Part shown: piece after piece, positions 59,901 through 64,000 of the stretch | How the letters are laid out: every line of letters starts with the position of its first letter | Numbering within the stretch: the first letter of the stretch is position 1 | Assembly: GCA_035691285.1 (NCBI GenBank) | Contig: DASSJI010000156.1 | Location: forward strand, 17,858 to 81,857 | Reading direction: 5' to 3' | Source of the DNA: Vicinamibacteria bacterium | GTDB lineage: Bacteria > Acidobacteriota > Vicinamibacteria > Fen-336 | Length of the DNA stretch: 64,000 nt | Position numbers and translations under genes: made by a program | Notes under the pieces: generated by a model | Told to the model about the DNA's origin: nothing | Database searches by the model: none | Seen by the model: only the letters and a program-made list of their open reading frames with translations

Positions 59901-61078
59901 TACGCGGCGCCGCCCTTGTGGGCGTGGAGGCGGCTGAGGGCGGCCCGAGTCTCGTCCGGGCTGCGCGAGGCCTTGAGCCGCGAGCTCAGATGCAGGATCC
60001 CCAGGTCGATCTGCTCGAAGCGGGCGAAGAGCCCCGCCACGCGGCGGGACCACTCGGCGTCGGCGTCCTCGAGGCGGAACAGCTCGTCGAGCCACAGGAG
60101 CGCGTCGTCTCTCCGCCCTTCCTCGAGGGCGATCTCGGCGAGATGGTAGGGGATCGCCGGCTGCCGCTCGGCCTCGGTCCACGCGCGGCCGTACATGGTG
60201 GCCGCCGTCTTGAGGTCCGCCTGCTCCAGGGCCACGTCGGCGATGTGGCGGTAGAGTGCGCTGCGGGCGGGGTCCAGGTCCAGTGCGGCCTTCCACGCCG
60301 CGCGGGCCTCGTCGGGCTCGCCGAGCTGGCGGTTCGCCCAGCCGAGGTTGATGCGGTATTGAGCGTTTCCAGGGTCGAGGCGGACCGCTTCGGCGTAGGC
60401 CGCCTTCGCGTCCTTGTAGTTGCGGCCCCCGTAGGCGCGATCCCCCCGCCGGGCCTCGTGGCGCGCGAGGCGCCGGGAGACGAGGTGGCCGTAGCCGGAG
60501 ACCCGGGGCAGCGCCCCGCGCAGCGCGGCCCGAGCCTCGTCCTCGCGGCCGTGCCGCTCGAGGAAGTCCGACAGCCGCAGCGCCGTCTGGAAAGACGGCG
60601 CCTGACGCAGGGCTTCCCTGAGGTGGCCTTCGGCCTCGCGCAAGCTGCCGAGCTGTTCGTAGGCGTCGGCGAGGCGCGTGCGGACGGCCGGCTGGCTCCC
60701 GTCGATCGCGAGGCTCCGGGCGAGGTCATCGGCCGCCTCCTTGAAGCGCCCGCTCGCCAGGTGGATGGCCGCGATCTCGTTGATCAGCTCCACGCGCCGC
60801 GGCTCCACCTTCAGCACGGTGCGCCACGTCGCGATCGCCTCCTGGTGGCGGCCGGACTTGTGATAGGCCCAACCCAGGTTCTGCCACGCCATGAGAAGGC
60901 CGGCGTCCTGCTCCGTCGCCCTCTTGAAGGCGGCGATCGCCTCGTCGTAGCGGCCTTCCTTGTAGAGGCGCGTGCCTCGGTCCAGGGCCTCCTGCCCGGG
61001 CGAGGCCGCGAGGACGGCTCGCGGCGGCGGCGCGAGCGCAACCATGACGACGAGGGCCATCAGGCGTCGCGGCTTCAC
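56933..61078 (-). CDS. exopolysaccharide export/modification fusion protein: signal peptide, TPR array, NodB-type polysaccharide deacetylase domain, TPR, C-terminal outer-membrane beta-barrel-like domain (PgaA/BcsC-type)
   Basis: TPR motifs across aa 25-745. Deacetylase core (PILMYHGLGD ... ILITFDDARIDSF ... MKATMFVPT) at aa 755-1000. C-terminal 280 aa of alternating strands ending GGALEVRF (beta-signal). Confidence 0.8.
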   Translation of the reverse strand: MKPRRLMALVVMVALAPPPRAVLAASPGQEALDRGTRLYKEGRYDEAIAAFKRATEQDAGLLMAWQNLGWAYHKSGRHQEAIATWRTVLKVEPRRVELINEIAAIHLASGRFKEAADDLARSLAIDGSQPAVRTRLADAYEQLGSLREAEGHLREALRQAPSFQTALRLSDFLERHGREDEARAALRGALPRVSGYGHLVSRRLARHEARRGDRAYGGRNYKDAKAAYAEAVRLDPGNAQYRINLGWANRQLGEPDEARAAWKAALDLDPARSALYRHIADVALEQADLKTAATMYGRAWTEAERQPAIPYHLAEIALEEGRRDDALLWLDELFRLEDADAEWSRRVAGLFARFEQIDLGILHLSSRLKASRSPDETRAALSRLHAHKGGAAYQASEIETAERELKEAVRLDPKNTNALRDLGWAYWAADRFDWTKEVWTRYAAAHPDQAEPHNLLTHLYLKVGDFASAVTSARASLRLDPKQPQQRLKLAKALHWSGAFGEARTLAEAVAKESPDDLGAQLFWAELLMQYHDFDRGKDQWKRVLDLGHRDAKAEYYWVKSLYELGQYDQALSEARRLLDAEGPKQPLLQFLADDAVQRGSDGEAIQWYALLTRHFPDRVAAWLELARLRQKRGDLEGAQATLTQARQRHPDRFDLALAAAQLDRAAGRGGDAYAAFLALSRSHAGMRDVFWGRFETALETGRHDEALATLRSGKEPLLKGYERLGQEARVLYGMGRHGDAQRSLERVVDPPRGTVYVPILMYHGLGDHPRSASMPAALFESQLRALKRAGYSALTVAELAAVLDGRQLFPARPILITFDDARIDSFERADPILARYGMKATMFVPTARILDGHPFFADWKRIGGFAATGRWDLQSHGHRAHDLISVDGDQQTGSFLVNRQWLEAAQRSESWEEYAARVDADYRSSIEELKQRRSGLQVVGYAFPFSEAGQENVGNEPGASDLNQELLKRYFRFGFVQDDSGYNELRPGLPSGLMLRRFGVPRDMDGDALLGHLALHHPKLVARAQSGRFHYWQGEYAQARASFERLAADEPHMRGEAAYYLAAIQAQRGRPDAAERQLQIAETLGSKKLSDDPALAQRIRWENRVRLAPRVEFSDDSDGRETLWQGALLHTGTLGGFEATLGAGRFALSEDGLPSLEGPELSVAARLGPLSNWTIEGRVAQRSPDGLERSIGWGLGVALESDRVELRGRVGIQDVETLRARLRGLQVQSYAGHAAVRLTSSLLGVLDGAIGRYDDTNERLDLSGKLLVRPRSWHGLGLGAGVAWSDTLFRSDLYYSPEALRQLRGLVAYQRRWDPGWLVETEVGLGLAEDERNGRRGTVSLTGRAGQAWGERLRTRLEGRYGSAPGYESWGFGGALEVRF

Positions 61079-62988
61079 GAGGCGGCTCCTTTCCGTGGCT
61101 CGCCGGGGGCCGGGCGCGCCGTGTCCCCGACGAGCCTCCTGCCGGCCGGCTCCACGAGCAGCCGGAAGCGGCGCCAGCGGGTCTGCTGGCTGTGCGCCCA
61201 GGACTCGATCTCCTGCCGCGCCTCCGGAGGCAGGCCGGTGGCGTCGATGCGCATTCCAGCGAAGCCTTGCTCGGCCACGAGGGCGAGCGCCTCGCCGAGG
61301 CGGGCCGCCCGCACCTCCGAGCCGCCGTCGGGTGAGAGCCGCAACGTCGGCAGGATCTCCCAGCCGTAGCGCCGGGCCAGGATCGCCAGGAGATCGCGGT
61401 CGAGGGGTTGCTCACGCAGGCCGTTGCGACCGGCCTGGAGCCACAGGGGCGAGAGCGCCGCGAGGCCGGGCGACTCGCGGATCGCGGACTGCACCTGCTC
61501 GGCGGACGGCCGGCCAGGCATCGGCCACGCCCGGTAATCGACCTCGGAGAAGCGGAGGTCGCGGACCGTGAGGCGCGCGGGCTCTCCGTCTCCCCAGACG
61601 ACGAGACCCACGGTCCCGCGGGACATGTCCGGCAGGTGTGCGGGTCGATCGGAGACGGGGCGGCCGTCCCACTCCACCCAGACGCCGGCTCCGCGCCTCA
61701 CGATCTTGAGGCGATGCGGGCGCCCCGGCTCGACGCGCGCTTCTGGAAAGCTCGCCAGGGTCTCGACCTGGCTCGCTGGCCGTCGGCGCTGCAGGTGCGA
61801 CGCGCGCCCGTCGCCGCCCCAGCGCCATTCCTCGGACAGGTCGGAGGATTGTTGAACGATCCAGAGCTGACCGCTGTCGATCCGTACCTGGGCTTCGAGG
61901 GCCCACTCGTCCGACAGCTGGCTCGCCGCGCGCCACACGTCGGCGCGGACGGGTCCCTCCACGACCAGGCTGTCTTCATCGAGGCGGGCCTCGCCGACCC
62001 CTGCGACCCATCGCCACGGCAGCAGCTCACCGGCGCCCTCGGGAGCCGCTCCGAGCGCCATGGCGACGCGCTTCCCGAGCGTGTCGGCGGACCAGCGCGG
62101 GGCGACCCGCATGCGCTTCAGGTGGTGCGGGTCCGACAGGCGGTCGTTCACGCCGAACAGGTCGTCCACGAAGGCGAGAGTGTGGAAGGTCGCGAGGGCC
62201 TCCTCGTGGGCGCTCGCCACCTCGGGGTCGAGGCTCGCGACGGCCACGTCCTTGAGCGGAGGAGCGTAGGCGAGCACCGGTCGTCCGACCTCCTCCTCCA
62301 GGGTGCCACGGGCCTCCTGCTGGTCGCGCAGCGCGCGCGCGGCGAACTCCGCGCCGCTCTCGGCGCGGTTCTCGCTCGGGAGCCATGCGCGGCGGACGAA
62401 GAATGGGCCCTCGCCGCCCTCGTCGTCGACGCGGATCGGGGTGTGGCCCAGGCGCCCGTGGGAGCCGATCTCCCACAGGCCGCTCGCCGCCATCCGGCGC
62501 AGCCGCGGCCAGTACAGGAAGAACGGATCGCGCCGCTCTTGTCGCTCCGTCATCACGAACATCGCCGCCGGCCACTCGAGCTCGCGCAAGACCGGGTCGA
62601 CCGCGTCGGCGGTGGACAGGTAGCCGTGGTCGAAGGTGAGGACCAGGGAGCGCGCCGGCAGCGCGTCGAGCTCGCCGCGATAGAACCGCGCCAGGGTCTC
62701 GAGTCCGATGGCCTGGAAGCCGGCGCTGCGGAGAGCGAGGAGCTGCTCCCGGAGCAGCCCGCGGTCCACGTGCCGGATGTCCACGTCCTCGACCACGCGG
62801 TCGTACGCCAGCGCCAGGATCAGCGGGTCCGCGACGCCCGTCTCGGGGACGGAGGCGAGCACGGGCCGGTAGGCCCAGTAGTGCCAGAAGATCGTCGCCG
62901 CGCCGGCCAGCGTCAGGAGCGTCAGCCAGGCGACGGCGTCCTCCAGGAAGGTCCGGGTGCGGTAGGCGCGCCGGGTGCGCGGCGACAT
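61075..62988 (-). CDS. membrane-anchored polysaccharide deacetylase (PgaB-like: NodB domain + about 300-aa C-terminal domain)
   Basis: Internal ATG of ORF 61075..63684 at 62988, 2 nt after the GT2 stop. TM anchor AWLTLLTLAGAATIFWHYW. SLVLTFDHGYLSTADAVDPVLRELEWPAAMFVMT. Confidence 0.75.
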   Translation of the reverse strand: MSPRTRRAYRTRTFLEDAVAWLTLLTLAGAATIFWHYWAYRPVLASVPETGVADPLILALAYDRVVEDVDIRHVDRGLLREQLLALRSAGFQAIGLETLARFYRGELDALPARSLVLTFDHGYLSTADAVDPVLRELEWPAAMFVMTERQERRDPFFLYWPRLRRMAASGLWEIGSHGRLGHTPIRVDDEGGEGPFFVRRAWLPSENRAESGAEFAARALRDQQEARGTLEEEVGRPVLAYAPPLKDVAVASLDPEVASAHEEALATFHTLAFVDDLFGVNDRLSDPHHLKRMRVAPRWSADTLGKRVAMALGAAPEGAGELLPWRWVAGVGEARLDEDSLVVEGPVRADVWRAASQLSDEWALEAQVRIDSGQLWIVQQSSDLSEEWRWGGDGRASHLQRRRPASQVETLASFPEARVEPGRPHRLKIVRRGAGVWVEWDGRPVSDRPAHLPDMSRGTVGLVVWGDGEPARLTVRDLRFSEVDYRAWPMPGRPSAEQVQSAIRESPGLAALSPLWLQAGRNGLREQPLDRDLLAILARRYGWEILPTLRLSPDGGSEVRAARLGEALALVAEQGFAGMRIDATGLPPEARQEIESWAHSQQTRWRRFRLLVEPAGRRLVGDTARPAPGEPRKGAAS

Positions 62989-62990
62989 CG

Positions 62991-64000
62991 TCAGCGGGTC
63001 CCCCAGTGGTTCCGGCGCACCGTCAGGAGCGCGTAGTAGGTCTGCCAGACGAGGATCAGCATGTAGAAGAAGCTGAAGGCGACGCCGTAGACCCAGAGCC
63101 CGCTGCGCAGGCGGCCGAGGTAGTAGAGACCGTAGAGGGCCGACATCAGCGTCGCGCCGTAGATGTAGAGGAGCGAGACCTCCCCGACGCCGGCGAGCGG
63201 CAGCACGATCGCATTGCAGACCACGATCGGAGAGATGAGGGGGAACAGGCCGCCGAGGTAGAAGAAGAACGCCGCCATCGGGTGCCGGCGCCACATGAAG
63301 CGGGCGGCGAGGAACGTCTCGCGCACCCAGGACTTCTTCCAGCGGAGCTGCTGCTTGAAGAACTGCCGGTACGTCTCGGGGACCAGGGTGGAGCAGCTCG
63401 CCCGGGAGTCGTAGATCACCCGGTAGCGCCTGAGCATGAAGTTCGTCAGGCTGCGGTCGTCGCCGAAGGTAGCGGGCGTGCCCAGGAAGGACTGGCGCAG
63501 CCACACGTCGAGGATCTCCATGACGTAGCGGCGGCGGTAGGCGGCCAGGCAGCCGGAGCAGCAGGCCACGGCTCCGAACAGCGACTCGGCGGCCTTCACG
63601 ACGCGGAACGCGACGTAGTAGCGGACCTCCTGCATGCGCGTCAGGAAGTTCCTCTTCGCGTTCTGCACGTGGGCGTGGCCGCACACGGCCCCGACGTCCG
63701 GATCCTTGAAGCCCTGCACGATCCTGCGGATGGTGTCGCGGCGCACGAAGCTGTCGGAGTCCACGTACACGAGGATCTCGCCGCGCGCCGCGCGCGCCCC
63801 GGCCGCCATGCCGTGCCGCTTCCCGAGGTTGCGTCCGAAGTCGATGACGCGCAGGCCGGGATGGAGCTGCTGCGCGCGGCGCATCTCGGCCAGCGTCCCG
63901 TCCGTGGAGCCGTCGTTGACCGCGATGACCTCGAGCAGGTGGCTGGGGTAGTCCGAGGCATAGAGGCAGTGGATCGTTCGCGCGATGGACTTCTCCTCGT
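62991..64000 (-). CDS. family-2 glycosyltransferase, processive synthase type (PgaC/IcaA/NodC-like), partial; N-terminus beyond the window end
   Basis: The frame is open to 64000. My translation of 63885..64000 gives EEKSIARTIHCLYASDYPSHLLEVIAVNDGSTDGTLAEMRRAQQ. DxD in ILVYVDSDS; Q(Q/R)xRW in QQLRWKKSW; C-terminal TM helices. Confidence 0.8.
   Translation of the reverse strand, partial: EEKSIARTIHCLYASDYPSHLLEVIAVNDGSTDGTLAEMRRAQQLHPGLRVIDFGRNLGKRHGMAAGARAARGEILVYVDSDSFVRRDTIRRIVQGFKDPDVGAVCGHAHVQNAKRNFLTRMQEVRYYVAFRVVKAAESLFGAVACCSGCLAAYRRRYVMEILDVWLRQSFLGTPATFGDDRSLTNFMLRRYRVIYDSRASCSTLVPETYRQFFKQQLRWKKSWVRETFLAARFMWRRHPMAAFFFYLGGLFPLISPIVVCNAIVLPLAGVGEVSLLYIYGATLMSALYGLYYLGRLRSGLWVYGVAFSFFYMLILVWQTYYALLTVRRNHWGTR

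Noticed and set aside
57254-61369. 1371-aa plus-strand ORF antisense to the TPR-deacetylase-barrel gene
   Set aside because: Shadow ORF. The minus-strand frame shows TPR, NodB and beta-signal motifs.

Overview
This is a 64-kb, very GC-rich (about 70%) bacterial chromosomal segment. It is densely coding, and both strands carry many long arginine-rich shadow ORFs typical of high-GC DNA. I call about 50 genes and find no rRNA or tRNA genes, CRISPR arrays, transposases, integrases or phage genes. The ORF track appears to allow GTG and TTG starts (e.g. 12246 GTG, 27963 TTG, 49502 TTG), so several biological starts were re-derived.

Gene content in order:
- A family-5 ABC substrate-binding protein (partial), gamma-glutamyltranspeptidase, and an M64 peptidase followed by an accessory signal peptidase I and a secreted protein.
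- A sulfatase-family hydrolase, rho (with a leader-like uORF and an atypical N-terminus), an esterase and a tandem-PilZ protein.
- A MacAB/Lol-like tripartite ABC exporter, a translationally coupled esterase plus family-4 uracil-DNA glycosylase, and an acyl-CoA dehydrogenase.
- The conserved lepA-lepB-DUF4845 operon, a 1117-aa membrane PAS/GAF histidine kinase, and a ROK glucokinase.
- A 13-kb chemosensory cluster (cheY-cheA-cheW-SBP-like-mcp-HEAT-cheR-cheB-PATAN response regulator-GAF). Its HEAT-repeat and PATAN components resemble Myxococcus Che7-type pathways.
- A coupled ChlI-like AAA+ ATPase and vWA pair, followed by a small ORF and two large polytopic membrane proteins.
- clpB and cysK with a shared regulatory region, then a TPR protein and btpA-pfkB-psuG.
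- A GH18 hydrolase, and on the minus strand a synthase-dependent exopolysaccharide locus: a GT2 synthase, a PgaB-like deacetylase, and a 1381-aa exporter fusion of TPR repeats, a deacetylase domain and a beta-barrel.

The most system-like novelties are the exopolysaccharide locus with its fused exporter-deacetylase and the extended Che7-like cluster with the appended AAA+/vWA/membrane module. Internal start coordinates are computed arithmetically from ORF-track frames. Coordinates of short motifs come from reading the printed sequence and may be off by 1 nt.
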